Below are positions 46,225 through 57,220 of a DNA stretch of 60,606 nt, piece by piece. The position numbers and the translations under genes are program-made. Location: NCBI GenBank assembly GCA_002011495.1, contig MTNR01000024.1, forward strand, positions 1 to 60,606. The letters are read 5' to 3'. Position 1 is the stretch's first letter, and every line of letters starts with the position of its first letter. This DNA comes from Dehalococcoides sp. JdFR-56. Lineage in GTDB: Bacteria > Chloroflexota > Dehalococcoidia > Dehalococcoidales > RBG-16-60-22. Under the pieces are notes generated by a model. The model was not told where the DNA came from and searched no databases. It saw only the letters and a program-made list of their open reading frames with translations.

Positions 46225-46282
46225 GAGGTTACCCATTTCCAAGGTTATGTTAAAAAGCCCAGTAACAGCAAAGGCGAGAACT

Positions 46283-48370
46283 ATGTCCAGAAGCTTCCCT
46301 TTAGCCAGAATCCGTAATATAGGTATCATCGCCCACATCGATGCCGGTAAGACCACCGTCACCGAGAGGATACTCTATTACACCGGCCGCACCTACAAGC
46401 TGGGCGATGTGGACTCCGGCACCGCGGTGATGGACTGGATGGAGCAGGAGCGAGAGCGCGGCATCACCATCACCGCAGCGGCGACCACCTGCTATTGGCA
46501 GGACCACCGCATCAACATCATTGACACGCCGGGGCATGTGGACTTCACCGCTGAAGTTGAGCGCAGCCTCAGGGTGCTGGATGGAGGGGTGGTTGTCTTC
46601 GATGGCGTGGCTGGGGTTGAGGCGCAATCGGAAACGGTATGGCGCCAAGCCAACCGCTACCGGGTGCCCCGCATCTGCTTCATCAACAAGATGGACCGGG
46701 TCGGCGCCAATTTCCGCCGAACCCTGGACATGATTGAACAGCGATTGAAAGCCAAACCACTGCCGGTGCAGCTTCCTCTGGGCAGCGGTGATTCCTACCA
46801 GGGCATCATTGACCTTGTGGAGAATAAAGCTTGGTATTTTGATGGGGAACCTGATTCAGAGCCAAAGGAGATAGCCATCCCAGAATCGGACGAGGCACTC
46901 TGCGCCGAATTTCGCCATGCCCTCATTGAGAAGCTGGCGGAGAATGATGACCGTATTCTGGAAGCCTACCTTGAAGGCCATGAGATCACCCCCTCCCAAC
47001 TACGCGAAGCCTTAAGGCGGGTAACCCTAGCTAACAAGGGCGTGCCCATTCTCTGCGGCAGCGCGCTGCGGAACAAAGGCATCCAGCCACTCTTGGATGC
47101 CATCGTGAGCTACCTCCCCTCCCCGCTGGATTTACCCCCGGTACGGGCGATTGATGCCAAGACAGGGGCGGAGGTCACCCGTCCCGTGAGCGATGAAGCT
47201 CCCTTCGCCGCCCTAGCCTTCAAGGTGGTGGCTGACCCCTTCGTCGGCCGGCTGGTCTACTTCAGGGTCTATTCCGGCAGAGTGGAGGTCGGCGATCAAG
47301 TGTTCAACGCCACCCGGGGCAAGCGCGAGCGCATCGGGCGGCTCTTGCTCATGCACGCCAACCGGCGTGAGGAGGTAAATGAAGCTGACGCTGGAACCAT
47401 CGTCGCCACCATGGGGCTGAAGAACACCTTCACCGGCGATACCCTGTGCGATACTTCCCAGCCCATTCTCTTAGAATCAATTCGCTTCCCGGAGCCGGTG
47501 CTCGCCGTCTCCATCGAGCCCAAGACCAGGGCTGACCAAGATAAGATGATTGACGCCCTACAGAAGCTGACCGAGGAGGACCCCACCTTCAAGGTGTCCT
47601 ACAATGAGGAGACTGGGCAAACCATCATCTCCGGCATGGGGGAGCTGCACCTGGAGGTCATCGTCAACCGGCTGGTCAGCGAATTCGGTGTGGGCGCCAG
47701 GGTGGGTAAACCACGGGTGGCCTACAAGGAGACGATCACAGTGCCAGTGCAGGTGGAAGGAAAGTTCGTGCGCCAGACTGGCGGCCACGGCCAGTACGGG
47801 CATGTCTGGCTTCAGCTTGAGCCCATGACGCGCGGCAGCGGCTTCCAGTTCATTGACGCCATCAAAGGGGCCACCATACCCAAGCAATATATCCCAGCGG
47901 TAGAGCAGGGCATCAAGGAGGCCATGGAGACCGGGGTGCTGGCCGGCTATCCGGTGGTTGATATCAAGGCCACCCTTTATGATGGCAGCTATCATGAGGT
48001 TGATTCCTCAGAGATGGCCTTCAAGATGGCGGGCTCAATAGCCCTGAGGGAAGGTGTGCTCAAGGCCAAACCCGTCATCCTAGAGCCGATTATGAAGCTG
48101 GAGGTGGTAACGCCAGAACAATTCCTAGGTGACATCATCGGTGACCTCAATGCCAAAAGGGGCCACGTTGAGAATATTGAGGCTCAGGGTGAGATGTACA
48201 TCATCCATTGCCTCATCCCTCTGGCCGAGACCTTTGGCTACGCCACCAGGCTCCGCTCACTCACCCAGGGCAGAGCCACTCATTCCCTGGAGTTCTTCCA
48301 GTATAAGGAGCTACCTGCGGAACTGACCGAAGAGATTACAGAACAAGCGGTGGGCAAACGATATGGCTAA
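46283..48370 (+). CDS. fusA: Elongation factor G
   Basis: [25 protein letters not shown]. The 46127 ORF start would run into rpsG, so ATG 46283 is preferred. Confidence 0.93.
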   Translation: MSRSFPLARIRNIGIIAHIDAGKTTVTERILYYTGRTYKLGDVDSGTAVMDWMEQERERGITITAAATTCYWQDHRINIIDTPGHVDFTAEVERSLRVLDGGVVVFDGVAGVEAQSETVWRQANRYRVPRICFINKMDRVGANFRRTLDMIEQRLKAKPLPVQLPLGSGDSYQGIIDLVENKAWYFDGEPDSEPKEIAIPESDEALCAEFRHALIEKLAENDDRILEAYLEGHEITPSQLREALRRVTLANKGVPILCGSALRNKGIQPLLDAIVSYLPSPLDLPPVRAIDAKTGAEVTRPVSDEAPFAALAFKVVADPFVGRLVYFRVYSGRVEVGDQVFNATRGKRERIGRLLLMHANRREEVNEADAGTIVATMGLKNTFTGDTLCDTSQPILLESIRFPEPVLAVSIEPKTRADQDKMIDALQKLTEEDPTFKVSYNEETGQTIISGMGELHLEVIVNRLVSEFGVGARVGKPRVAYKETITVPVQVEGKFVRQTGGHGQYGHVWLQLEPMTRGSGFQFIDAIKGATIPKQYIPAVEQGIKEAMETGVLAGYPVVDIKATLYDGSYHEVDSSEMAFKMAGSIALREGVLKAKPVILEPIMKLEVVTPEQFLGDIIGDLNAKRGHVENIEAQGEMYIIHCLIPLAETFGYATRLRSLTQGRATHSLEFFQYKELPAELTEEITEQAVGKRYG

Positions 48371-48671
48371 ACAGAAGATTCGCATCAAACTAAAAGGCTT
48401 TGACCACAGGATAGTGGATCAATCGGCGGCGCAAATTGTTGATGCCGTGGAGCGCACCGGGGCAGTAGTGGTGGGGCCGGTGCCGCTGCCGACGCACATC
48501 CAGAAGTTCAGCGTCATCCGCTCCCCGTTCATTGATAAAGACTCCCAGGAGCAGTTTGAGATTCGCACCCATAAGCGCATCATTGATATTATAGAGACGA
48601 CTTCCAAAACCATAGACGCCTTGACCAAGCTGAATTTGCCCTCCGGGGTGGAGATAGATATCAAGTTATAA
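48363..48671 (+). CDS. rpsJ: 30S ribosomal protein S10
   Basis: [19 protein letters not shown]. 8-nt overlap with fusA. Confidence 0.95.
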   Translation: MAKQKIRIKLKGFDHRIVDQSAAQIVDAVERTGAVVVGPVPLPTHIQKFSVIRSPFIDKDSQEQFEIRTHKRIIDIIETTSKTIDALTKLNLPSGVEIDIKL

Positions 48672-48689
48672 GGACGAAGACTAAAGGCG

Positions 48690-49313
48690 ATGACCGAAGG
48701 AATTATTGGCCGCAAACTGGGCATGACTCAGGTCTTTGAGGAGGATGGCAAGGTGGCAGCGGTGACCGCCATCGAGGCCGGGCCGTGCGTCATCACCCAA
48801 ATAAAAACCGTGGACAAAGACGGCTACAATGCGGTACAGCTTGGCTTCGGCCAAGCCAAGCGGCTGAGCTCCCCCCTGCGGGGGCACCTCAAGGGGCTGG
48901 GGCAGTTCAAGTATCTGCGAGAGTTCCGGCTGGACGATGTCAAAGAGATTGAGGTGGGACAGAAGATTGACGTCAGCCGGTTCAAGGCCGGCGAGCTGGT
49001 TGACATCACCGGAATATCCAAGGGGAAGGGCTTTGCCGGGGTAGTCAAACGCCACGGCTTTGCCGGGGGGCCCAAAACACACGGGCAGTCTGACCGGCAC
49101 CGTGCCCCAGGCTCCATCGGCGCCAGCACTTCCCCGGGCAGGGTATTCAAGGGACTGCGTATGGCCGGCCACATGGGGAACCGGCAGGTGACGGTGCGCA
49201 ATCTGGAGATAGTTCAGGCTGACCCGGAGCGCAACCTGCTGCTGGTCAAGGGAGCGGTGCCCGGGGGCCGTAATGGGCTACTGCTGATCAAGAAGTCAAG
49301 GAAGGGGAAGTAA
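48690..49313 (+). CDS. rplC: 50S ribosomal protein L3
   Basis: GIIGRKLGMTQVF N-terminus. Confidence 0.95.
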   Translation: MTEGIIGRKLGMTQVFEEDGKVAAVTAIEAGPCVITQIKTVDKDGYNAVQLGFGQAKRLSSPLRGHLKGLGQFKYLREFRLDDVKEIEVGQKIDVSRFKAGELVDITGISKGKGFAGVVKRHGFAGGPKTHGQSDRHRAPGSIGASTSPGRVFKGLRMAGHMGNRQVTVRNLEIVQADPERNLLLVKGAVPGGRNGLLLIKKSRKGK

Positions 49314-49317
49314 GCAA

Positions 49318-49971
49318 GTGCAGGTCCCAGTTTACAGCCTCAGGGGAGAAGTGGTTGAGCACATTGAGATAAGCGACTACGTCTTTAACGCGCCGCTCAA
49401 TGAGGCAGTGCTGCATCAGGCGGTGGTAAGACAACAGGCCAATGCCCGCCAAGGAACGGCTTCAACCAAAACCAGGAGCGAGGTCAAAGGCAGTACCCGC
49501 AAGCTGTTCCGGCAGAAAGGTACCGGATTTGCCCGGGCGGGCAGCCGCCGCTCCCCGCTGCGCCGGGGAGGTGGCATCGTCTTCGGGCCCAAGCCCAGGG
49601 ACTACCATCAGGCGATGCCCAAAAAGATGCGCCAACTAGCTTTGAGATGCGCTCTATCAGCCAAGGCCAGAGATGAGGAGCTCAAGGTCATCGCTGAGCT
49701 GAAAGTAGAGCCCAAGACAAAGCAGATGGCGGAGATTCTGGCCGCCCTTGGGGCGGATTCCTCAGCGCTGGTGGTCACACCAGAGCCACAGGAAACCGTG
49801 GTCAGAGCCGCGCGCAACCTGAAGGGAATCAAGACCATTCCCGCCAACCTGCTCAATGTGCTTGACATCCTCTCCCATAAGACGGTATTGATGACAGTAT
49901 CGGCGGTGCGCAAAGCCGAGGAGCTGTGGGGAGAAAAGCAGGCTCGAGAGGTGAAACATGCACCTTTATGA
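49318..49971 (+). CDS. rplD: 50S ribosomal protein L4
   Basis: Position and sequence (TKTRSEVKGSTRKLFRQKGTGFARAG). GTG start. Confidence 0.93.
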   Translation: MQVPVYSLRGEVVEHIEISDYVFNAPLNEAVLHQAVVRQQANARQGTASTKTRSEVKGSTRKLFRQKGTGFARAGSRRSPLRRGGGIVFGPKPRDYHQAMPKKMRQLALRCALSAKARDEELKVIAELKVEPKTKQMAEILAALGADSSALVVTPEPQETVVRAARNLKGIKTIPANLLNVLDILSHKTVLMTVSAVRKAEELWGEKQAREVKHAPL

Positions 49972-50242
49972 GGTACTGCGCCGTCCCCTGGTGACGGAGA
50001 AGAATACCATACTGCAAGCGCAGAATAAATACGTCTTTGAGGTGGCCAAAGAAGCCACCAAGCCGCAGATCAAACAGGCGGTGGAGAAGGCGTTCAAAGT
50101 TAAGGTGACTGAAGTTAACGTGGTCAACGTGTCAGGCAAGACACGGAGGGTGGGCAGGCGCATAGTGCATACTCCCTCCTGGAAGAAGGCGATCGTGACT
50201 TTAAAGCCAGGAGATAAGATAGAATTCTTTGAAGGTGTTTAA
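49958..50242 (+). CDS. rplW: 50S ribosomal protein L23
   Basis: LRRPLVTEKNT motif, 94 aa. Confidence 0.95.
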   Translation: MHLYEVLRRPLVTEKNTILQAQNKYVFEVAKEATKPQIKQAVEKAFKVKVTEVNVVNVSGKTRRVGRRIVHTPSWKKAIVTLKPGDKIEFFEGV

Positions 50243-50245
50243 GAG

Positions 50246-51076
50246 ATGGCGTTAAAAATATATCGTCCCACCTCACCGGGACGACGGGGAATGACCGGGG
50301 CTACCTTTGAGGAGATAACCAAAGATAAGCCAGAAAAATCACTCGTCGTCCCCATAAAGAAGCGGGGTGGGCGCAATAATCAAGGGAGAATAACGGTCCG
50401 CCACCGTGGTGGCGGCGCCAAGCGGAAGCTCCGCGTTATTGACTTCAAGCGGGATAAGATTGGCGTTCCCGGCCGGGTGGCGGCGATCGAATATGACCCC
50501 AACCGCTCGGCACGCATCGCGCTTATCCACTACGCCGATGGGGAAAAGCGCTACATCCTCGCCCCGCTGGGGCTCAACGTCGGGGATACGGTGATGTCAG
50601 GCAGCGAAGCGGAGGTAAAAACGGGAAACGCCCTGCCCTTGAACCTTATTCCGACGGGGACGCTGGTTCACAATATTGAACTCCAGAGGGGGAAGGGTGG
50701 ACAACTAGTGCGCAGCGCCGGGACCGCGGCACAGGTGATGGTGAGGGAAGGCGAATACGTCCTGGTGCGCCTGGCCTCGGGGGAGATGCGACGCATTCGT
50801 GGCGAGTGCTTTGCCACCATCGGCCAGGTGGGCAACGTTGAGCACCAGAACATTGAGCTGGGCAAGGCCGGCCGCAAAAGACTTATGGGCTGGCGGCCCA
50901 CGGTGAGAGGCTCAGCCATGACGCCGCGTGACCACCCCCACGGTGGTGGCGAGGGCAGAAGTCCGGTGGGCCTGCCCGGGCCGAAAACCCCGTGGGGCAA
51001 ACCAGCCCTGGGGTACCGCACCCGTAAGCCAAAAGCTTCCGATAAGCTGATCGTCAAGCGAAGAAAAGGTAGATAG
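50246..51076 (+). CDS. rplB: 50S ribosomal protein L2
   Basis: [34 protein letters not shown] motifs. Confidence 0.95.
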   Translation: MALKIYRPTSPGRRGMTGATFEEITKDKPEKSLVVPIKKRGGRNNQGRITVRHRGGGAKRKLRVIDFKRDKIGVPGRVAAIEYDPNRSARIALIHYADGEKRYILAPLGLNVGDTVMSGSEAEVKTGNALPLNLIPTGTLVHNIELQRGKGGQLVRSAGTAAQVMVREGEYVLVRLASGEMRRIRGECFATIGQVGNVEHQNIELGKAGRKRLMGWRPTVRGSAMTPRDHPHGGGEGRSPVGLPGPKTPWGKPALGYRTRKPKASDKLIVKRRKGR

Positions 51077-51083
51077 AGGCGAA

Positions 51084-51374
51084 ATGTCAAGGTCAGTTAA
51101 GAAAGGCCCATTCGTTGATGCCAAACTAATGAAAAAGGTGGAGGCGGTTATCCGCTCCGGCCAGAAGGCGGTAATCAAAACCTGGTCACGCTCCTCCACC
51201 ATCCTGCCCCAGATGGTGGGGCTGACCATCGGCGTGCATGATGGCCGGCGGCATGTCCCCATTTTCATCACCGAGGACATGGTGGGGCATAAATTGGGCG
51301 AGTTCGCCCTGACCCGAACCTTCAGGGGGCATGTGGCCAAGTCAGAAAGAGCCAGCCAGGTAAAGAAGAGATAA
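51084..51374 (+). CDS. rpsS: 30S ribosomal protein S19
   Basis: [13 protein letters not shown]-terminus. Confidence 0.95.
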   Translation: MSRSVKKGPFVDAKLMKKVEAVIRSGQKAVIKTWSRSSTILPQMVGLTIGVHDGRRHVPIFITEDMVGHKLGEFALTRTFRGHVAKSERASQVKKR

Positions 51375-51396
51375 ATTGCTCGGGACGGAACTGGAA

Positions 51397-51735
51397 ATGG
51401 AAGTGAGAGCCGTAGCTAAAGATACCGGGATATCGGCGCGCAAGATACGCCCGCTGATTGATATGGTGCGGGGCAAGAAGGTGGATGAAGCCCTGACCCT
51501 GCTCCAGTTCGCCCCGTCACCGAACGCCAAGATAATCGCCAAGGTGGTGAAGTCGGCGGCGGCGAATGCGGAGAATAACTATCAGATGGTGCCTTCGGAG
51601 CTGAAGATTGTGAGCATCTTCGCCGATGAGGCACCGGTGCTGAAGAGATATTATCCCCGGGCTCGAGGGCGAATCAGCCCCATCCGCAAAGGCTCAAGCC
51701 ATATCACCGTTATCGTTGCTGATGAGGAGGAGTAA
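51397..51735 (+). CDS. rplV: 50S ribosomal protein L22
   Basis: MEVRAVAKDTGISARKIRPLIDMVRGKKV aligns with L22 N-termini. TTG 51376 is an alternative start. Confidence 0.9.
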   Translation: MEVRAVAKDTGISARKIRPLIDMVRGKKVDEALTLLQFAPSPNAKIIAKVVKSAAANAENNYQMVPSELKIVSIFADEAPVLKRYYPRARGRISPIRKGSSHITVIVADEEE

Positions 51736-52779
51736 TTGGGTCGTAAGGTTCATCCCATAGGCTTTAGAATCGGCATCATCCAGGACTGGCAGGCCAAATG
51801 GTACGCCGATACCAATTATGCTCAGATTCTGCAGGAAGACCTGAAGCTACGGCAGGCGATCCAGTCCAAGTATGCTGACGCTGCCATCTCACTGGTGGAG
51901 ATTGACCACCAGGCCAAGGAAGTGGCGGTAACCATTCACACCGCCCGGCCGGGCATTGTCATCGGGCGGGGAGGACAGCGGGTCGATGAGCTGAGCTCTC
52001 ACCTGGAGAAGCTCATCGGCAAGAAAGTCCGCTTAAACATCCAAGAGATACGGCAGCCTGAACTTGATGCTAATCTGGTGGCCAGAACGATAGCTGATCA
52101 GATTGAGCGCCGCATCGCCTATCGCCGGGCGATGAAACAGGCTATTTTCCGCACCATGCAGGCCGGTGCCAAAGGAATACGGGTCAGCTGCTCAGGTAGA
52201 CTAGGAGATGCTGAGATTGCCCGCCGCCAGACGATGCATGAGGGACAGGTGCCCCTGCATACCCTGCGGGCGGACATTGATTACGGCTTCGCCGAAGCCC
52301 ATACCACCCTGGGCCGGATTGGCGTCAAGGTGTGGATATATAAGGGAGAAATCCTCCCCGAACCCAAAGAAGTAGAAGTTGAGGAGGCACCGGCTGAGGC
52401 GATAGCTAGCCCCACCGCGGAAGAGATAGCTCCCGTCACCGCGGCTGAGGAAAAGCTAGCTGAGCCAGAGGCGGTGGAAACCGCCGAGGCAGTAGCCGAA
52501 GCAGTGCCAGAAGCGCCAGCGGAGGCGGCACCGGAAGAAAAGCCGGCCAAACCAGCGAGAAGAAAGGCCAAAGAAACCACGGCTGAGGAAAAGCCAGCCG
52601 AGCCAGTCGCGGAAGCCGCCGAGGCAGTAGCCGAAGCAGCGCCAGAAGCGCCAGCAGAGGCGCCACCAGAAGAGAAGCCGGCCAAAGTAGTCAGGCGGAG
52701 AAGCAAGAAAGCCGCCACTGAGGAAACCACCGCTGAGGCCAAGCCTGAGGTGGAGGAGGAGAAAGATGCTGCAACCTAA
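51736..52779 (+). CDS. rpsC: 30S ribosomal protein S3 with about 140-aa Ala/Glu/Pro-rich repetitive C-terminal extension
   Basis: [13 protein letters not shown] core to about residue 205, then a low-complexity tail. TTG start. Confidence 0.93.
   Translation: MGRKVHPIGFRIGIIQDWQAKWYADTNYAQILQEDLKLRQAIQSKYADAAISLVEIDHQAKEVAVTIHTARPGIVIGRGGQRVDELSSHLEKLIGKKVRLNIQEIRQPELDANLVARTIADQIERRIAYRRAMKQAIFRTMQAGAKGIRVSCSGRLGDAEIARRQTMHEGQVPLHTLRADIDYGFAEAHTTLGRIGVKVWIYKGEILPEPKEVEVEEAPAEAIASPTAEEIAPVTAAEEKLAEPEAVETAEAVAEAVPEAPAEAAPEEKPAKPARRKAKETTAEEKPAEPVAEAAEAVAEAAPEAPAEAPPEEKPAKVVRRRSKKAATEETTAEAKPEVEEEKDAAT
52441..52725 (+). repeat. In-frame tandem duplication (138-nt period) within the S3 tail
   Basis: GCTGAGGAAAAGC...GCCGAGGCAGTAGCCGAAGCAG...CCAGAAGCGCCAGC...AAGCCGGCCAAA occurs twice. 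Copies start near 52444 and 52582. Confidence 0.8.
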
Positions 52780-53209
52780 ACGGGTCAAATACCGCAAAGC
52801 GCATAAAGGACGGCGTAAGGGTAGCGCCCAGGCGGGCAATACCCCCGCCTTTGGTGATTATGCTCTGCAGGCGCTGGAATCCGCCTGGCTTACCGGCGAG
52901 CAGATTGAGGCAGCCCGGCGCGCCATCACCCGCTACATTCGCCGCGGGGGCAAGGTCTGGATACGCGTTTTCCCAGACAAACCTGTGACCAAGAAGCCAG
53001 CGGAAACCCGCATGGGCAGCGGCAAAGGTGCCCCGGACCATTGGGTAGCGGTGGTCAAACCAGGCAGAATCCTCTTTGAGCTGGCCGGTGTGGGCGAGAA
53101 AACGGCCAAAGAGGCGATACGTCTGGCCTCGCATAAGCTCCCGATATCCACCCGATTTGTGGTCAGGGAAACGACAGGGGCAGGAGTTCAGCCAAAGGAG
53201 CTAACCTAA
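52766..53209 (+). CDS. rplP: 50S ribosomal protein L16
   Basis: [17 protein letters not shown]-terminus. Confidence 0.95.
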   Translation: MLQPKRVKYRKAHKGRRKGSAQAGNTPAFGDYALQALESAWLTGEQIEAARRAITRYIRRGGKVWIRVFPDKPVTKKPAETRMGSGKGAPDHWVAVVKPGRILFELAGVGEKTAKEAIRLASHKLPISTRFVVRETTGAGVQPKELT

Positions 53210-53210
53210 A

Positions 53211-53411
53211 TTGAGCGTGGTAGATGAACTTCGTGCTTTAAGCACCGAGGACCTGGCCAAGCTGCTGGAGGAAACGCAGCAGGAGCTGCTCAACCTCCGC
53301 TTCCGCCTGGAAACAAAGCAGCTGGTGAACCATCGCGAACTGGTGCGGGTGAAGAAGAAGATCGCCCGAATCAAGACGATAATGAGAGAAAGAGAGCTGG
53401 GGATAAGGTAG
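53211..53411 (+). CDS. rpmC: 50S ribosomal protein L29
   Basis: 66 aa, [29 protein letters not shown] start. Confidence 0.93.
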   Translation: MSVVDELRALSTEDLAKLLEETQQELLNLRFRLETKQLVNHRELVRVKKKIARIKTIMRERELGIR

Positions 53412-53415
53412 CCTT

Positions 53416-53697
53416 ATGGAGACAAAGCGTAAAACCAGAGTTGGCCGTGTCATCAGCAACCGGATGGATAAGACGGTGGTAGTGGCGGTGGAGACGCCCA
53501 AGCGCCACCCGCTGTACAAGAAGACCATCATCAGAGAGGTGAAATACAAGGCGCATGATGAGAAAAATGCCTGCCAGATAGGCGACGTGGTCAGAATTGT
53601 GGAGACCCGCCCCCTCTCCAGACACAAGTGCTGGCGTGTCGCCGAGATAATAACCAAAGGAGAGGTGGCCGAGGTCAAACCTGAGGAAATAACCTAA
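53416..53697 (+). CDS. rpsQ: 30S ribosomal protein S17
   Basis: [17 protein letters not shown]...HPLYKK motif. Confidence 0.95.
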   Translation: METKRKTRVGRVISNRMDKTVVVAVETPKRHPLYKKTIIREVKYKAHDEKNACQIGDVVRIVETRPLSRHKCWRVAEIITKGEVAEVKPEEIT

Positions 53698-53712
53698 GCT
53701 GGGTGCAGAGAG

Positions 53713-54081
53713 ATGATTCAACCCTATACCAGACTTAAAGCAGCCGACAACACTGGTGCCCGAGAGATCATGTGCATCAACGTGCTCGGTGGCACCAGGA
53801 AAAAGTACGCCCGCGTGGGAGACATCATCGTGGCCTCGGTGAAGAAAGCCATCCCCGGGGGCGCCATGAAAAAGGGAGACGTGGTGAGGGCGGTTATCGT
53901 GCGCACCGCCCAGCCCTACCGCCGCCCCGATGGCTCTTATATCAGGTTTGATGAAAACGCGGCGGTGATTCTCACCGATAAGAACAATCCCAAGGGAACG
54001 CGGATCTTCGGGCCAGTGGCCAGAGAGCTAAGAGACAAGGACTTCACCAAAATCATCTCGCTGGCGCCAGAAGTTCTGTGA
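53713..54081 (+). CDS. rplN: 50S ribosomal protein L14
   Basis: [23 protein letters not shown]-terminus. Confidence 0.95.
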   Translation: MIQPYTRLKAADNTGAREIMCINVLGGTRKKYARVGDIIVASVKKAIPGGAMKKGDVVRAVIVRTAQPYRRPDGSYIRFDENAAVILTDKNNPKGTRIFGPVARELRDKDFTKIISLAPEVL

Positions 54082-54092
54082 GGTTGGCTAGG

Positions 54093-54404
54093 ATGAAGAT
54101 CAGGAAGAATGATACCGTGCTGGTTATTGCCGGTAAGGATAAAGGTAAAAAGGGTAAGGTGCGCTTTGCCTACCCGAAGAAGCAGCGGGTGCTGGTTGAG
54201 GGGGTTAACTTCGTCAAGAAGCACTCCCGGGCCAGAGGGCAGGTGAGGCAGGCTGGCATCATTGACCTGGAAGCGCCCATTCACGTCTCCAACGTGATGC
54301 TGCTCTGCCAGAAGTGCAACCGCCCCACCCGCGTTGGCTTCACCTTCCTTGAGGATGGCAGAAAGGTCAGAATCTGCCGCTCCTGTAAGGAGGTGATTGA
54401 CTGA
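54093..54404 (+). CDS. rplX: 50S ribosomal protein L24 (variant with C-terminal CxxC...CxxC)
   Basis: [21 protein letters not shown]. The ORF track start GTG 54078 overlaps rplN; ATG 54093 matches family N-termini. Confidence 0.9.
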   Translation: MKIRKNDTVLVIAGKDKGKKGKVRFAYPKKQRVLVEGVNFVKKHSRARGQVRQAGIIDLEAPIHVSNVMLLCQKCNRPTRVGFTFLEDGRKVRICRSCKEVID

Positions 54405-54958
54405 TGGCGTCACGGCTCAAGGAAAAATATCGCCGTGAAATCGTTCCCGCCCTGATGGAACGCTACGGATACAAGAACATAATGGAGGTACCCCGCCTGG
54501 AGAAGGTGGTGCTCAATATCGGCCTGGGCGAGGCCATCCAAAACCCCAAGGCCCTGGAATCAGCTGAGGCTGACCTGGCCGCCATTTCCGGGCAGCACCC
54601 CGTGATCACCCGGGCCAAGAAATCCATCTCCGCCTTCAGGCTGAGGGCAGGGATGCCCATCGGGCTCAAGGTAACCCTGCGGGGAGAGCGCATGTATGAC
54701 TTTTTAGACAAACTGATGAACGCGGTTCTACCCCGGGTACGGGAGTTTCAAGGGGTCTCCCCCAAGGCCTTTGACGGCCGGGGTAATTACACGCTGGGGC
54801 TCAAGGAGCAAATCTCCTTCCCAGAAATAGACTATGACAAGATAGATAAGCTGCGGGGGCTGGAGATATCTATCGCCACCACCGCCAAAACAGACGAGGA
54901 AGGCAGACACCTCTTGGAACTATTGGGCATGCCTTTCGCCAAGGATGGAACGGAGTAA
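54404..54958 (+). CDS. rplE: 50S ribosomal protein L5
   Basis: [28 protein letters not shown]-terminus. Confidence 0.95.
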   Translation: MASRLKEKYRREIVPALMERYGYKNIMEVPRLEKVVLNIGLGEAIQNPKALESAEADLAAISGQHPVITRAKKSISAFRLRAGMPIGLKVTLRGERMYDFLDKLMNAVLPRVREFQGVSPKAFDGRGNYTLGLKEQISFPEIDYDKIDKLRGLEISIATTAKTDEEGRHLLELLGMPFAKDGTE

Positions 54959-54961
54959 CTT

Positions 54962-55147
54962 ATGGCTAAGAAGTCAAAGATTGTGAAAGCGATGCGCCCG
55001 GCCAAATACAGGGTGCAGCAGCACAACCGCTGCTCGCTGTGCGGGCGGCCCCGTGCCTATATCCGCAAATTCGGGCTGTGCCGCATCTGTTTCCGCCGCC
55101 TGGCGCTTGCCGGCCAGCTGCCGGGAGTGAGGAAATCAAGCTGGTAA
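54962..55147 (+). CDS. rpsZ: 30S ribosomal protein S14 type Z (zinc form)
   Basis: 61 aa with CSLCGRP...CRIC. Confidence 0.95.
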   Translation: MAKKSKIVKAMRPAKYRVQQHNRCSLCGRPRAYIRKFGLCRICFRRLALAGQLPGVRKSSW

Positions 55148-55164
55148 AATGACTGGGGGGAAAT

Positions 55165-55563
55165 ATGACCGTCTCTGACCCAATTGCCGATATGTTGACC
55201 CGAATCCGCAATGCCGTTATGGCCAGGCACGAGTACGTGATGGTGCCCGCCTCAAGGATGAAGCTCTCCATTGCCAGAATCCTCAAAGAGGAGGGCTTCA
55301 TCACCGACTACGAGGTGGTCAGAGGCAAGCCGCACCGGGTAATCAAGATACACCTGAAATATACTGACAACAACCAGCCGGTCATCTCCGGTCTGGAAAG
55401 GGTGAGCAAGCCCGGACTGAGGGTATACGTGGGACGGAAAGAGATTCCCCGGGTCTATGGTGGCCTGGGTATCGCCATCCTCTCCACCTCCAAGGGGGTG
55501 AAAACCGGCCATCAGGCCTGGCGCCAGGGGATTGGCGGGGAACTCTTGTGCTATGTTTGGTAG
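55165..55563 (+). CDS. rpsH: 30S ribosomal protein S8
   Basis: [14 protein letters not shown]-terminus. Confidence 0.95.
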   Translation: MTVSDPIADMLTRIRNAVMARHEYVMVPASRMKLSIARILKEEGFITDYEVVRGKPHRVIKIHLKYTDNNQPVISGLERVSKPGLRVYVGRKEIPRVYGGLGIAILSTSKGVKTGHQAWRQGIGGELLCYVW

Positions 55564-55580
55564 GTTTGGAGTGACGGATT

Positions 55581-56129
55581 ATGTCTAGAATCGGACGGAT
55601 GCCAATACCACTGCCACCAGGGGTGACGGTGAATATTGAAAAAGGCCGGGTTACCGTAACCGGGCCTAAGGGGGAACTCAGCCGCCCGATCAGCCCAGAT
55701 ATGCAGATCGTCCAGCAGGATAACACCTTGATCGTTTCGCGCCCCTCTGATAGCAAGGAGCACCGCTCCCAGCACGGGTTGACGCGAAGTCTGCTGGCCA
55801 ACATGGTAACCGGGGTGAGTAGTGGCTTTGATAAGTATTTGGAAATAGTCGGGGTTGGCTACCGGGCAGAAAAAAGTGGAGACAAACTAGTATTGCGCGT
55901 GGGGCACTCCCACCCCGTGGAGGTATCCCCCATACCCGGCGTTACCTTGGCCGTGGAGGGGAACCGGATCAAGGTCTCCGGGATTGACAAGGAAGCGGTG
56001 GGGGAGATGGCTGCCAGAATCAGAAAGATTCGTCCCCCTGATGCCTATAAAGGCAAGGGCATCAGGTACGCCGGAGAGGTAGTCCACCTCAAGCCGGGCA
56101 AAGCCGGTAAGGTTGGAGGGAAGAAGTAA
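55581..56129 (+). CDS. rplF: 50S ribosomal protein L6
   Basis: [16 protein letters not shown]-terminus. Confidence 0.95.
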   Translation: MSRIGRMPIPLPPGVTVNIEKGRVTVTGPKGELSRPISPDMQIVQQDNTLIVSRPSDSKEHRSQHGLTRSLLANMVTGVSSGFDKYLEIVGVGYRAEKSGDKLVLRVGHSHPVEVSPIPGVTLAVEGNRIKVSGIDKEAVGEMAARIRKIRPPDAYKGKGIRYAGEVVHLKPGKAGKVGGKK

Positions 56130-56131
56130 GT

Positions 56132-56497
56132 ATGGGAAAGCTCACGCCAAGGCTAGCTCGCCTGAGAAGACACGCTAGGGTTAGGCAAAAGGTGAAGGGC
56201 ACGCCTTCCCGGCCGCGCCTCTGCGTTTTCCGCAGCCTAAATCACATTTACGCCCAGGTAATCGATGACGTCAAGGGGCACACCCTGGCCTCGGCCTCAA
56301 CCCTTGACCCGGAGATAAGGCCCCAGACCAATGGTAAAACCAAGGCGGCCGAGGCGGAACTGGTGGGAGCGCTGATAGCCAAACGAGCCCTGAGCAAGGG
56401 GATAACAGAGGTAGTCTTTGACCGCGGCGGCTACAAATATCATGGCCGGGTGAAAGCCCTGGCTGAGGCCGCCCGGCAGGGAGGGTTGAAGTTTTAG
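56132..56497 (+). CDS. rplR: 50S ribosomal protein L18
   Basis: [20 protein letters not shown] and [20 protein letters not shown]. Confidence 0.95.
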   Translation: MGKLTPRLARLRRHARVRQKVKGTPSRPRLCVFRSLNHIYAQVIDDVKGHTLASASTLDPEIRPQTNGKTKAAEAELVGALIAKRALSKGITEVVFDRGGYKYHGRVKALAEAARQGGLKF

Positions 56498-56502
56498 TAA
56501 AG

Positions 56503-57042
56503 ATGGCCAAACTCAAGAACAAAACGATCAGCAAAATAGACCCTACTGACCTAGCCCTGACCGACAGGCTGATGTACATCAACCGGGTGGCCAAGGTAAT
56601 GAAGGGGGGCAAGCGCCTCAGATTCAGCGCCCTGGTGGTCACCGGGGACAGTAACGGACACGTCGGCCTGGGCATTGGCAAGGCCAATGAAGTGCCCGCG
56701 GCGATAAGCAAGGGAGGGGCAGCGGCGAGGAAGAACCTGATCAAGGTACCCCTCGCCGGAACCACCATTCCCCATGAGATAACCACCAGCTTCGGCGCCG
56801 CCAAGGTTATGCTCAAACCAGCGGCCCCGGGCACCGGGGTTATCGCCGGGGGCAGCGTGCGGGCGGTGCTTGAGGCCGCCGGCATCAAGGATATCCTGAC
56901 CAAATCGCTGGGTAGCTCCAACCACATCAACGTGGCCAAGGCGACGATGCTCGCCCTCAGCCAGCTTAAAGATCCCCAAGAGCATCTTGCCCGACTTAAA
57001 GGAACCCCCAATGCTGAGGAGGAGGCGACGAGCAGTGGCTAA
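56503..57042 (+). CDS. rpsE: 30S ribosomal protein S5
   Basis: [24 protein letters not shown] motif. Confidence 0.95.
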   Translation: MAKLKNKTISKIDPTDLALTDRLMYINRVAKVMKGGKRLRFSALVVTGDSNGHVGLGIGKANEVPAAISKGGAAARKNLIKVPLAGTTIPHEITTSFGAAKVMLKPAAPGTGVIAGGSVRAVLEAAGIKDILTKSLGSSNHINVAKATMLALSQLKDPQEHLARLKGTPNAEEEATSSG

Positions 57043-57220
57043 ACTGCGCATCACCTGGGTCAAAAGCGGCATCGGCTACCGGAAAACCCAGAAGAGAACC
57101 CTGGCCGCGCTCGGTTTTCACCGCTTAAACCAGAGCGTTATCCATGAGGATAATATGGCCATTCGGGGCATGATCAATAAAGTAAGACATCTAGTCAAGG
57201 TGGAGGAAGTAAGCTCGTGA
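57035..57220 (+). CDS. rpmD: 50S ribosomal protein L30
   Basis: [28 protein letters not shown] 57035 follows GAGGAGGAGG and overlaps the rpsE stop. The longer ORF starting at 56987 is unlikely. Confidence 0.88.
   Translation: MAKLRITWVKSGIGYRKTQKRTLAALGFHRLNQSVIHEDNMAIRGMINKVRHLVKVEEVSS

Noticed and set aside
46127-46282. Upstream extension of the fusA ORF (747-aa version) overlapping the end of rpsG.
   Set aside because: The extension translates to Arg-rich nonsense. EF-G N-termini begin just before [15 protein letters not shown], which fits ATG 46283.
52281-52839. Several ORFs (52281-52742, 52436-52666, 52456-52839) antisense to the S3 tail. The repeat was also considered as a CRISPR-like or non-coding tandem array.
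   Set aside because: The repeat is in frame within rpsC, has only two copies, and has no spacer/repeat alternation. The antisense ORFs are by-products of the GCN-rich repeat.
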